From NCBI RefSeq assembly GCF_001194135.2, contig NC_068993.1, forward strand, positions 20,504,845 to 20,549,715: DNA of 44,871 nt, written 5' to 3'. Position 1 is the first letter of the stretch, and each line of letters opens with the position of its first letter. Source of the DNA: Octopus bimaculoides (taxonomy: Eukaryota). The notes under the pieces are model-generated. The model did no database searches. It saw only the letters and a program-made list of their open reading frames with translations, and had not been told where the DNA came from. Positions 25,061-36,189 of this stretch are shown here, piece after piece. The position numbers and the translations under genes are program-made.

Positions 25061-25830
25061 TGCATAAATTGAGGTGAATAAAGAGAAAAATGTTAAAGGA
25101 AAAAAAGCTCGGAAGGTTTTAGTTATTGCTTCACGTCTTTACCATACTTGAACGAATATAGGCTCTTGCTCTACTTAATCCTTGGGGAAATTTTAGTGAA
25201 TTTGAACCTGAGAACACTCCTTTGGCATTCCTGAGTCGTTTGCTGTCAAGAAAATCTACATGGACAAATTGTTTTCGGTAGTAATGCCAGACGCGATCAC
25301 AATTATGCCAGGTACATTGTTCATTAGTCAATTTCCTGTTGAAAAATACGGTTTTGTGCAAAGAAATGGTATCACAATACTTCAGAGACATTGTTTAATC
25401 ATGGAATACTGAAGACATTCACCTTGACAGTTTAGTTGTGGCACAAAGGCCATTATTGACGGAAAATTTGCCAATAGTTGTTCCAAGAACAGCATGTTTT
25501 TGGTCATTTTCCGTTGACAAATAGGGTTTTATGCGCTCATAACACTCCTTGTACATTGTTACATTTTTTGACACCAAAAGCATTAAAATTGACATCGTAG
25601 ATTAGAAGCAAATCGAAATATTGCCCGAAAATGACCTCAAAATTGTACGACCCGACCTCGATTTCGAGGTTAATTTTGCAGTAAAAACGAGTTGTGCAAA
25701 AAACATACTCCATTTGGTAGCCGAAAGATTACTGAATCTTTTGATACCCCATACGTCAAAATCGGCAACTCAGGTTTTCGAATCCATAAGGAACACACGC
25801 ACCACACACGGACACACACTCAAACTCTGT

Positions 25831-25861
<31 letters not shown>

Positions 25862-25911
25862 ATTTTCCCAGAGGATGTAAATGAATATGAAAATTTAAAA
25901 GTTTAAAAACC

Positions 25912-25949
<38 letters not shown>

Positions 25950-26024
25950 ATTCTTGTTTAATTCTTTGAAGTATTCTCAATGAGAAGGTGCTGCATTGTA
26001 TAACAAAGGAAAAATATCTTTTAC

Positions 26025-26225
26025 TCTTTACAGTCATTAGACTGCGACCATGCTGGAGCACCGCCTCACATTTTTAGTCAAATGAATCGACCCCAGTACC
26101 TTCTTCTATCGGTTTCTTTTTCCGAACCGTTAAGTTACGGAGACGCAAACAATACCAGCACCAGTTGTCAAGCGGTGGTGGGAGGACAAATACAGACACA
26201 AAGACACACACACACACATAGAAAC
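26025..26225 (-). mobile_element. SINE family B 3' part
   Basis: CAGTCATTAGACTGCGACCATGCTGGAGCACCGCC..GAACCGTTAAGTTACGG. Confidence 0.75.
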
Positions 26226-26264
26226 ACACACAAAAATCTAATTAATATAAATAGTGGTTTCAAA

Positions 26265-26472
26265 TTTTGGCAGAAGGCCATCAAGTTCGCGGGGAGGGGC
26301 TGTGTCGATCACAGCGATCCCCCAGTGCTCAAATGGTACTCATTTTATCGACCACGAAAAAATGAAAGGCAAAGTTGACCTCGGAGGAATTTGAACTCAG
26401 AACGTTGAGACAGACGAAATGCCGCCATGCATTTTGCCCGTCGTGCTAACGATTCTGTCAGCTCACCGTCCT
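26265..26472 (-). mobile_element. SINE family A copy
   Basis: ATGAAAGGCAAAGTTGACCTCGGAGGAATTTGAACTCAGAACG. Confidence 0.8.
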
Positions 26473-26579
26473 TAATTGCGTTACAATTAGACATCATTGC
26501 AAATCGATTCCTTGATTTATTTTTCCGTCAATCTACGTAGCATTTCTTTTTTGTCTTTCTATATTTCGATCAATATTTT

Positions 26580-26832
26580 TTACACATACACATACGATTA
26601 AACGTACACCCATGCACGCACGCACACACACACACACACACACTATCACATTCACATACATACACACATGTACACACACACACTTGCACGCATGTACAGA
26701 GATACGTTTAAATGAGCACACGAACGCACGCCTGTATACACACACACGCACACACATACATACACACGCACTTCCTCGCATGTACAGAGACACGTTTAAA
26801 TGAGCACACGAACTCACGCCCCATATATTTGT

Positions 26833-26870
<38 letters not shown>

Positions 26871-26910
26871 ACACACACACACACACACGTATGCATATAT
26901 ATATATAATT
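26580..26910. repeat. (CA)n-rich tract with an internal ~88-bp tandem duplication
   Basis: GCATGTACAGAGAYACGTTTAAATGAGCACACGAAC occurs at ~26690 and ~26778. Confidence 0.85.
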
Positions 26911-27030
26911 CACTTGCTGGCCCTCCTCTTCATATGAAAAGCATCTTCTTTCCAGCAACAACTGGACATTGAATAGATATTCATCAACCTTAATGCTGCT
27001 TTTTTTTTTAACTTTTATTTTCCCTCAGAA

Positions 27031-27342
27031 ATGAATACTACAGCTCTCTCGATATTTCTACTCTTACTATTATACAATAATGGAGTGCTGGTATGCTCAA
27101 AAAATTGCAAGACAACATGTCCAGAAATTCGCCCTCGCACTAAACCGCGACATAATAGTATTGCGATGTTTTCAAATATTTCCATCATCGAAGAATGTGC
27201 CAAGTTATGTTTTTACAGATCCGCATGTAACAGCTTCGCTTTCTGTCTCAAGAATAAAATATGCGAAATTTACTTCATTGTGGTGAACAAGTTTAAAGAG
27301 GTTGACGACTATGTATTTAGTTTTATCAAAACATGGAATCCG
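27031..27342 (+). CDS. First coding exon of a secreted modular protein: signal peptide + PAN/apple-like domain
   Basis: Hydrophobic N-terminus MNTTALSIFLLLLLY; C-x3-C-x5-C-x2-F-x8-C pattern (ECAKLCFYRSACNSFAFCLKNKICEIY). Acceptor TTTTCCCTCAG ends at 27028; donor CCG|GTCAGT, phase 0. Confidence 0.8.
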
Positions 27343-27446
27343 GTCAGTGAGAAAAATTACTTTGTCTTTATGTGTCTTGTCTTTCAATTTTGATCAATAT
27401 TCGTAACTATTTGCTTATAGGGTTCTTCTTCTTCTTCTTGTCAAAT

Positions 27447-27666
27447 ATAAGAGGAGTACTGAAAAGTTCCTAGCTCTCTATTAAAGAAAATACAGGAGGA
27501 TCAGTTAATTATAATTTCATTCAACATATTCCTTTCTTAGAGTCACACACTCATTGCAGCAGTCCTTCAGTTTTTCTAAGCCCTGTAAAAGGACTCGGAA
27601 GGCTGGGCCTCACACAAGGCGTTTTGCGATATCCTTAAAGTCAGGAACTTTTCAGTACCCTTTCGT
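27447..27666. mobile_element. Mariner-derived MITE
   Basis: Inverted termini GAGGAGTACTGAAAAGTTCCT and AGGAACTTTTCAGTACCC; second copy at 35690. Confidence 0.75.
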
Positions 27667-28484
27667 TTCTTCCTTGTTTAGAACTTTCTACAGCACTGCC
27701 ACTCCTCAGTTCATATAACAAGGAATTCTTTCGGTTTGATACTAGTTGCAGTAGAAGATTACTAAGACGGGAATGAACCAATGCGACATGTCGCAATAAA
27801 ACTTGTTGGTCAGATTATCCAGTACCGGAGTAGAACGGTAAATGACTGAGCGTGTGATCCGAAGTGGTGACTCTTGTATCTGGAGAGCCGTTTTCTATCT
27901 ACGTTAACACGTCAGCATTGCGACAAGCCTTCATGATAGGTTTTGAAATCGACCGTCTCCAGTACCCAACTTCACCCAAGAAGTAGGAGGAAGATACCAC
28001 TGGAAAACCGCACACATTTTCTTGGAATAGAATAGCATGAAGCCATCGCTGAATATCAGATATAGAACTGAACATACAACTTGAAGCGTCAATCTTCTCT
28101 TATTCTTATACGTTTTCTCTTTTTTATGGGTATTTTTCAACGATGATTTTAAATTCATTTCTCTGGAATGTATGCAGTTGAAAGTGAACTATATTCCACG
28201 CACCAAACGGAAAACATAAATATAGAGATCTATTATGAATCCCTATTACATATTTTTAAAATGCTGCATTCATTTCGTCGACTGAGTTTCACGTAACTCT
28301 TTGGTTAGTTATAAATTATTTCTATAAATCATTTACAGAAAGCTTCTCAGGTGTTTTCTTTCCTTGATGCATCTACAATTGCGAGGCTTTGAATAAAGCT
28401 TTGAACAGATGCTTATAAAAGTAAGTTTTCATATACTTAATCTATCTTGTAAAACAAAACTGCCATTCTTGTCTTCATTATCAG

Positions 28485-28572
28485 CGTTTGGCTGGAAGCT
28501 GTTTCAATCATTCATGTGAGAGTGATGAAATGTGTTTACCAGAAGAAAATGTCTACTACTGCTTAAAATTGG
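28485..28572 (+). CDS. Second coding exon: 4-Cys EGF-like module (RLAGSCFNHSCESDEMCLPEENVYYCLKL)
   Basis: Acceptor TTCATTATCAG, donor G|GTAAGT; open in phase 0 to phase 1, matching exon 1. Confidence 0.8.
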
Positions 28573-28770
28573 GTAAGTTACATTCTATGTCTTCAAATTG
28601 ATTTAAAATATATTTGGCTTATATTCTAATTATGGGGAAAATCACTTTTGTTTAAATCATTACTCTGTGAAAGAAGTAAAAGCCCTATCAGATTCTTGGC
28701 GTGGAAGATAATATGCATTATTTACATTATTTACATTTGACGGATATTTGTCCTCATCTTGTTTGTTGTT

Positions 28771-28816
28771 AACACAACGTTTCGGCTGATATGCCCTCCA
28801 GTCTTCATCAGGTGTC
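28771..28816 (-). ncRNA. Minimal type I hammerhead ribozyme motif (one stem II mismatch)
   Basis: Minus strand GACAC-CTGATGA-A-GACTG..CAGCC-GAAA-CG-TT-GTGTT. Confidence 0.6.
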
Positions 28817-28868
28817 TTGGGGAAATTTCGAACCTGGGTTCTCATTCCTAAGGTATTTTTCGATGTTA

Positions 28869-28907
<39 letters not shown>

Positions 28908-28933
28908 CACTACGCCATATGCTCACGGGCCTA

Positions 28934-28988
28934 TGGTGTAGTGGTTAAGAGCACGGGCTATTAACCCCAAGATTCCGAGTTCGATTCC
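28934..28988 (+). promoter_or_regulatory. Type 2 Pol III internal promoter (A and B boxes) in a tRNA-like head
   Basis: A box TGGTGTAGTGG (28934-28944), B box GTTCGATTCC (28979-28988). Confidence 0.7.
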
Positions 28989-29079
28989 AGGCAGTGACCT
29001 GAATAATAATAATAATAATAATGATAATAACATAAAAAAATACCTTAGGAATGAGAAGCCAGGTTCGAAATTTTCCCAA

Positions 29080-29125
29080 GACACCTGATGAAGGCTGAAG
29101 GGTATATCAGCCGAAACGTTGTGTT
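29080..29125 (+). ncRNA. Minimal type I hammerhead ribozyme motif, intact core
   Basis: Stem I GACAC/GTGTT; core CTGATGA (29085-29091) plus an extra A; stem II GGCTGA/TCAGCC; GAAA (29113-29116); palindromic AACGTT stem III; GUU triplet 29118-29120. Confidence 0.7.
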
Positions 29126-29574
29126 AACAACAAACAAGATGAGGACAAATATCCGTCAAATGTAAATAATGTAAATAATGTGCATAATTCCTCACCTCTT
29201 AAATATAGAACTGTAAAGTTAATATATTTAATGTACAATCTTGCTTAATATAGTGTAATTAATGCAAAACATTAAAATTTGCTAAAGCGTAATTGCTTTA
29301 GTACGAAGTTTATTAAATATTATACAAGAAAATGCTGAACGATAACGTTCATAGTTACCAGAATTGTGTCTATAGCTAGAAGACTAATGTCTAACTACGA
29401 AACTAGCGTTCATAGTAACAAGAATAGCGTCTATAGTTAAAGCAACAACATCTTGTTGTTACACGTATTCAACTGATTAAATTCTGCCCCGTACATCCTC
29501 ACGGGAGAGGGATACAAGAGTGTCTATAAGTTGGTGTATCTCAAGGAAATTTGCTCCTTCGACGATATACGCCA

Positions 29575-29619
<45 letters not shown>

Positions 29620-29954
29620 CATCTATATATGTTAAAATGTACATCTTTTAATAAAATGCTGAAAGGATACAAAATGTTTGCCCCTATAAATTCTATCGCA
29701 CCTTGGGCAGAAAAAATGGTATCAGTGTGACTTGTTTCCAGTTCTCTCAAGACTTTCATCAGACAAAGACTATCCGAGATCTGACTCTGGAGAGATTAAT
29801 ATCATATAGCTATTTGAAGTGCATACAAACCAGGCCTAATTTGAATAACAGTGCATATGCTGCCAACGCTGATTAATTAATGTACTGAGACTGATTCCAT
29901 TTTCACTTCTCACAGATAGATAAAGCTCTTGATGTTATGTTCATGTTTATCTTT

Positions 29955-30148
29955 TATCGCTTACTTGTTTCTGTCAGTAGATTACGGCCATGCTGGGGCA
30001 TTGCCTTGAGGAATTTTAGTCGAACTGATCGAGCCCACTTCTTATTTTCTTTTTAAGCCTGATATTTATTCTATCGGTCGTTTTCGCTGAACTGCTAAGT
30101 TACGGGAACGCAAACATACCAAAACCGGTTGTCAAGCAGTGGTTGGGG

Positions 30149-30184
<36 letters not shown>

Positions 30185-30213
30185 AACAAACAAACAAACA
30201 CACNNNNNNNNNN

Positions 30214-30244
<31 letters not shown>

Positions 30245-30405
30245 CGATGGGCTTTCAGTTTCCGTCAATCAAATATACTCACAAGGCTTTGTTCGGCATG
30301 AAGCTATAGTAGAAGACACTTGCCTAAGGTACCAGGAAATGGGACTGAACCAGGAACTATATGGTTGGGAAGCAAGCTACTTACAACACAGCCACGCCTG
30401 CGCCT
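29955..30405 (-). mobile_element. SINE family B copy
   Basis: Reverse complement of the family B head, centre and tail, with an expanded (CA)n spacer. Confidence 0.8.
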
Positions 30406-30759
30406 AAAGTATACTTTACCTTTCAAATTATCCTAATGCGGCTCAGCAACTTTTATGATTATAATCGAAGGAACAAAATGACTTCAGCCTTCGTCATGAG
30501 CCGAAAGTTTGAATAATGGGCGAATTTGATGTGCTCCAGTGAAATAAAAAAAAAAAAACTCCTCAGAAAAACAGACAAATACAAAAAAACAAAACAAAAA
30601 AAACACGTTGGATGTTTTCTTCAATGTGTTTATGTGAGAATATGAGTGGTTGCTAGGTGATATATAGGTGATATAAGCATCAGGGAAGCTGATATATATA
30701 AATGAAATCTATGTCAGAGAAGCTTTGTTCCACTCAGAAACTGCAGGAGCTTCTTAGAC

Positions 30760-31600
30760 ATAGAGCAAGTTCTTAGGTAATGACGGAAGCCTTCGCAATG
30801 TTAAAAACCTTTCTATATTATCAGCAGGTATTTTGGGGTTTTGATCCTTATTCTGTATACTTTGCCTGAGTGGAGTAGCGAGGCCTGAATAAACCTTCAC
30901 CAGTAGAAGTGTGTCACCTACGGTCTCTTGACTATCAAGCCACCTTGAGATGATTGTTGCTGTTTGTTGACTATAATTTTTTGTTGGTCCTTCCACTCCA
31001 CAATTTCTGTAAGAACTTTGTTGTCTTGCATTCATATTTATCAGTCGTCTCCCAATATCCAAGGACACTCAATCAGAATATGTTTTAGGGTGCACCTAGT
31101 TGCTCCATTTTGCTTTCCGGATGGGTTTCCCACTTTAAGGGTATTTAGGCTAGCAAGAGGTTAGCGATGACACAGTGTTTCCTGCAGGATAGTCGGTGCC
31201 TAAAGGACCTGATTTCAAAGTGTGCGTTGTCCTTGAGCAAACACCACCGATTTAAACGGGGCTCTTCCTCAATTGAATCTTCGATCCTCAATACAATGAG
31301 CTCTCTCTTTCCCTGGGTATTGTTATTTCTCCATTTCTTGGTATTGTAGTTGCTAATCCTAGCTACCTCGTCCGACAGCTCCAGTAATCTACTGATGTTT
31401 CCAGTAGTGTTCACTTTCTTCACTGCTTTCTGGGGTTTCAACTTCCTACTGCCCTTTGTGTTCTTGTTGGCGTGTCTGACGACTCAATAACTCTTACCTT
31501 GGTAGACGTGAAGTCCTCCACTCTTGATGGAGTTGGTAGATGGAACTTAGAAGTCTTGCTGTACAGGTTAACGGAGCTGAAAGATGGGGAAGGCCAATCC
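30760..31600 (-). pseudogene. Degenerate non-LTR retrotransposon 3' fragment (RNase H-like region plus C-terminal Zn-knuckle; I/R1/LOA-like)
   Basis: Minus peptides LGRRLINMN..SYRNCGVEGPT resemble the L.RHL..M...CR.CG.E.ET C-terminal motif; upstream QKAVKKV..SRLL resembles RNase H. Many lesions. Confidence 0.45.
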
Positions 31601-32060
31601 AGTTGCATGCGAATTTATTGCACTCCACTCCACTTTTTATCTTGTACAGTGTGTATGAAGTGTGTGTTCATTATTACTAACTTTGTGACTGTTAATGTGT
31701 TTCTCTGTGTGTGTCGGTGTCAGTGCATGTAAAACCCTTACGATGGGCGGATAGTAGTTCTTTAGTCTTGGATGACAGGCTATCTAGGAGAAATATACTC
31801 CGAAGTTAAACCTGCAGTCTCAAAGAGCATCCATTGATGAGGATCTATCCCTCTTTATGGGTTATTCTTTTGGTACTTAGAGAGTGGAATTAGGTGAGAG
31901 CAAGCTCTCACCTCACTTTAAAAGTTTCAGGCACGAGTATTGCTTGAGCAAATTTTGCTGAGGTTACACGAGCTCAATGAATGGGGCTTAAATACAATTA
32001 TGAGATCCATAAACTATGAAAATGTAAATGGCAAAAAGGGCTTGGGATCCAGAGGTGAGC

Positions 32061-32069
32061 ATACATAAA

Positions 32070-32133
<64 letters not shown>

Positions 32134-32156
32134 CACACACACACATATATATATAC
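32061..32156. repeat. (CATA)n/(CA)n/(TA)n microsatellite
   Basis: Read directly; abuts the Helitron 3' end. Confidence 0.9.
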
Positions 32157-32157
32157 A

Positions 32158-34860
32158 CTAGCAGAAATACCCGTTGATGACTAGGTTCAGAAAGAGCCTT
32201 CAAAAATTATACCCTGATTTATGAAAGTTACTGCTTCGATATTATTGAATGCTCTGTAGCGGTGTAGCGGAATATCCGCACGCTCTTATTGTCAGGCTTC
32301 GGTCCAAAAAGTTATACTATAGTCTAATATACTATTGAACTCAATACTCGTTTATCCTAATAAAAATATTGTTCCTAATCATGTAGGTAAGTTTCACATA
32401 CACGTTCTAGCGTATCTCTTGAATGAAGAATTATGGTTCTATTGCCAAAGCTTTCATCAGTCCTAATAAGAGCGACTTCGTTACATGTTGGTAAATTGAA
32501 TCGCGTAACCTGCTCATTGGATGGTTTTTTTTTATCTGCATTAACAACTACTAGAAATTCTGTTGATGGACTTTTCTCGATGGCTGCTTTAAAACTCCGT
32601 ATATATGCATATTTTGCATGTAGCATTTTTTGTAGATTCCTAATTATGATTCTTCTTACCCTTTGGTTAAGGTTGCACCTAACTTCTGTTTGGTCTTCTT
32701 GTCCTCCAATGAAATATATTTGTAAGTATTGAGAATCCTCATGCTGTAATGGCAACAATCTTCCAATTCTATGATGAATTTGACCTTGAATTTTGAAGGT
32801 AGGCATAAACCCTCTTTCGCTTACTATATTTGCACCAAAGGATGTCATCATGATTGCATTATTGTAACGCTGTATGTTTTGCAAAAAGTGTTTTGATTCT
32901 GGATTTGAGCCCAATAAAAGATCTTTTAATGGTTGTGGTGGACCAGCAAGAAGTGGTAACCGGATCTTTCCATTACTACAACACATACCTGGGGATTCAT
33001 GGATCCATTTCTTGGCATCGTAATAATCACATAGTAACGACATGCATCCTATAGTAATAATGTCTTGCGAATTATATGCATAATTAGGATTATAATTGAA
33101 TGCAGCCATTTTCCAATCATCAGTCGTAAAAGGACGCAGTTTAAATTCTTGATGCTTTAATCTATTTGTTATCCTCCTAGCGTTGAGCTCGTCCTGAGTT
33201 ACAAGTTGCCTGGTTGCTGCAGTCTGTCGAGTATTCATTCTCACTCTCCTCCCACTTACTTCTGGAGTTTCAGACAGTCTTGCTGCTGCAGTCCATTGAG
33301 CATCTAATCATTGTCTTGTTTCAGCCTGTTCTTTAATTTCAGACTGTCTTGCTGCTGCAGTTCATTGGGCATTTAATCTTCGTCTTCTTTTTGCTTGTTC
33401 TTGACTTTGTGAGGCTCATATAACTGCATGCCTTTCAGCATCTACTCTCAGTCTTTTGGCCCGCAGATAGTCAGTCTCTTCAGCTCTTTTTCTTTTCCTA
33501 CGCTGAGATTCCTTAAGTAGTCCAAATCTAGTTTTTTTTTGGATTCATTGTAGTAGGCTGAATTAATCTATATTTTCAACATTCACCAGGTCAATCATAG
33601 ATATGAAAGATATGGAAAAGATCTGATAAAATAACGGAATAGTTTTATGATTTACATTTCATCAATATCGGAGCGATGTAATTTTATGCATTAGAAAAGG
33701 AATATTTTAATAAGCAAAACATACTTAGTTTATCATATTACCGTCAGTTCGAACACTTGCCTTATCAGTTGAACGTATACGGCAGCTTTCGTCCTAATTT
33801 TGGGACTGCCATGTTGGCTTGGCGATAACTATTAATTTCCAGTACCGCTGCCGTAGTCTCCTTTAGAGAGACTTAGAAATATTAATAACTCTATTTCTGA
33901 AAACCAGTGGATAGATTCCACTGAAATTAGATAAATAACCTTCGAACAGATAGTCAGCAGCGCCGCCTGGCTGGAGCTTGGCTGCTCTGCATTGACAAGG
34001 GGCAACACTCTGAAACTAGTCTGCAGATGCCAAACCAGCAAGGGGAAACTGCTGGCCTCCCCTGTTCGAAGGTTATAAAGGACACAGGTTTCNNNNNNNN
34101 NNNNNNNNNNNNNNNNNNNNNNNNNNNNNNNNNNNNNNNNNNNNNNNNNNNNNNNNNNNNNNNNNNNNNNNNNNNNNNNNNNNNNNNNNNNNNNNNNNNN
34201 NNNNNNNNNNNNNNNNNNNNNNNNNNNNNNNNNNNNNNNNNNNNNNNNNNNNNNNNNNNNNNNNNNNNNNNNNNNNNNNNNNNNNNNNNNNNNNNNNNNN
34301 NNNNNNNNNNNNNNNNNNNNNNNNNNNNNNNNNNNNNNNNNNNNNNNNNNNNNNNNNNNNNNNNNNNNNNNNNNNNNNNNNNNNNNNNNNNNNNNNNNNN
34401 NNGCATGCAGGTGAAATATGATAAAATTAAGTCAAACATGGATAAAAAACCCCCAGCTTTTTTATAAAATTATATATTCTTTAGACACAGAGCTACTCAC
34501 TGTCGATCCAAGAATACATACTTAAATTTTATGTATCTTCCATGAAAAGTGGATGTATTTGCACTTTCAAAGGGGCTCTGTCCCGTGTTACAAACCCTAT
34601 TAGGGTGAGGTTTAAATAATATTGTAAGATGGTGAAATTTTGGAAATCGTCTTTATTTAGTACCTAGTAATTATGTTGTTATTTTCATTGAAATCGGAGT
34701 TATTTGAAATTTGCCCCCCTTTTATATAGCTCATCGTCTTTCTCGTAAAAAATTTACATGAGAACACATACTTTGTTTTTATGAAACTTGTATTCCCTTT
34801 CGTCCTGTAGGTGTACAGGCACACAGACACACAGACGTTGAGCTTTATTATATATAATGA
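32158..34860 (-). mobile_element. Internally deleted Helitron (gap 34093-34402)
   Basis: On the minus strand, the 3' end is CTAG followed by T at 32158 with a degenerate hairpin at 32169-32186, and the 5' end is TCATTATATATAATAAAGCTCAACGTCTGTGTG at 34860. A RepHel N-terminal ORF lies inside. Confidence 0.8.
32375..33244 (-). pseudogene. Helitron RepHel N-terminal region (289-aa ORF, truncated before the Rep motifs and helicase)
   Basis: ESPGMCCSNGKIRLP..PPQPLKDLL, QRYNNAIMMTSFGA, FMPTFKIQGQIHHRIGRLLP, LQIYF, RFNLPTCNEVA are typical Helitron N-terminal motifs. Confidence 0.9.
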
Positions 34861-35689
34861 ATGAGGGAAATGAAAAATGGATCTAGCAAGACTATTCAGC
34901 AAAACGGTCGTTTCGAATCATCCTGCATCTGTCCCTTACGGGTGGGATATAGTACATATAGTTGTGTTACATCCATAAATGCAGGCCGTGTCTTGTCCGG
35001 TGTCTGATGTAAATAAGATACGTTATGACATGTACTGAAATTCGTTTGGCATGTTATTGTTCACCACACACACACACACACACACACATTGAATTCGACA
35101 GAGTCGACTAATCCCTTTCGAAATGTATGATCTTGTAACTACAAAAATGTAAGACGGATTTGGTTGAACGAATTTGCTACACTTATTTAATCGATCTTAG
35201 AGACATAGATAAATTCAGCTTCAATGAAGCTTGAGCTCAGGTCTGAATACAATATGGACTATTAGTCATTTTTGAAATCTATACTATCTTTCTTGTTCTA
35301 CACTTGCCTTTTATTAACAAAGAAAGGAAAAAAAAAGATCTCAAGTATGAAATATAAAAGCGATGTTTACATAGATGTTGGCGCTCGAGATAAAATGTCA
35401 TACGGTATTTTGTTGCTGTCAGAGTACAAGCTTCACTGAAGCCAACTTTTATTTCTCTTCGAAATCAATAAAATAAGTATCTGTAATATTCTGCATATCG
35501 ATCCATTCAACTCGACTCCCTCCCCTATAAAAAGTGGTCTCGTGTAGAATAAAAAGAATCAATATTACTTGGTATAAAAGCGTTAGAGATGGCTGAAGAA
35601 TTAGGGCAGTAGTTAGGCGTACAAATAGCACAGGGATTTGTAGGTCCGAAAGAATGAATACCAGTAATATACTGAGATAGATTTAACAT

Positions 35690-35880
35690 AATATGAGGGC
35701 GTGCTGAAAAGTTCCTGGCTTTCGTTAAAAGAAAATACAGGAGGATCAGTTAATTATGATTTTATCCAACATGTTCCTCTCTCAGATTTACACACATATT
35801 GCAGGGGTTCTTCAGTTCTTCTAAGCCCTGTAAAAAGAACTTGGAAGTATGGGCCTCCAACCAGGCGTTTCACGATATGT
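35690..35880 (+). mobile_element. Mariner-derived MITE, second copy, 3'-truncated
   Basis: TATGAGGGCGTGCTGAAAAGTTCCTGGCT..GAAAATACAGGAGGATCAGTTAATTAT matches 27447-27640. Confidence 0.75.
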
Positions 35881-35974
35881 TTTTCAACTTTGTTTTGCTT
35901 TTTTATTTCACTATTGTTGACATTTAAAATACTATGTTTCTAATATTTAATTATCTTTTATCCTTTATTTGCTT

Positions 35975-36153
35975 CAATCATTTGACTTCAGCCACGCTGG
36001 GGAACTGCATTAAAAGGCTTTGATCTTGTACATATTCTATCGGTTTCTTTTATCGAACTGCTGGGTTGCGGTCATCAGGAAGTGGGTACAAATATAACAC
36101 AAACTCAAAGACACACACCACGCGTGCACACGCACACACACACCACGCGCGCC

Positions 36154-36189
<36 letters not shown>

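Larger units (their letters stand above)
28714..29213. mobile_element. Head-to-head palindromic dimer of the tRNA-head/(AAT)n/hammerhead repeat
   Basis: The left arm (28714-28920) is the reverse complement of the right arm (28927-29185) except that it lacks the B-box segment. The right arm continues to ...TATAGAACTG at 29213, followed by TA. Confidence 0.9.

Noticed and set aside
25131-25800. Possible transposon remnant with an 86-aa ORF
   Set aside because: No motif I can assign with confidence in any frame.
27343-27393. C-terminal tail of ORF 27031-27393
   Set aside because: Read-through past the GTCAGT donor into intron 1.
29916-29923. Strong acceptor (TTTTCACTTCTCACAG) giving a terminal exon D-R-stop after the EGF-like exon
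   Set aside because: The in-phase Sushi exon at 37160 is a much better continuation. A short isoform cannot be excluded without RNA data.
33935-33949. Resemblance to loxP (ATAACTTCG)
   Set aside because: Only a partial match, with the wrong spacer geometry and no recombinase context.
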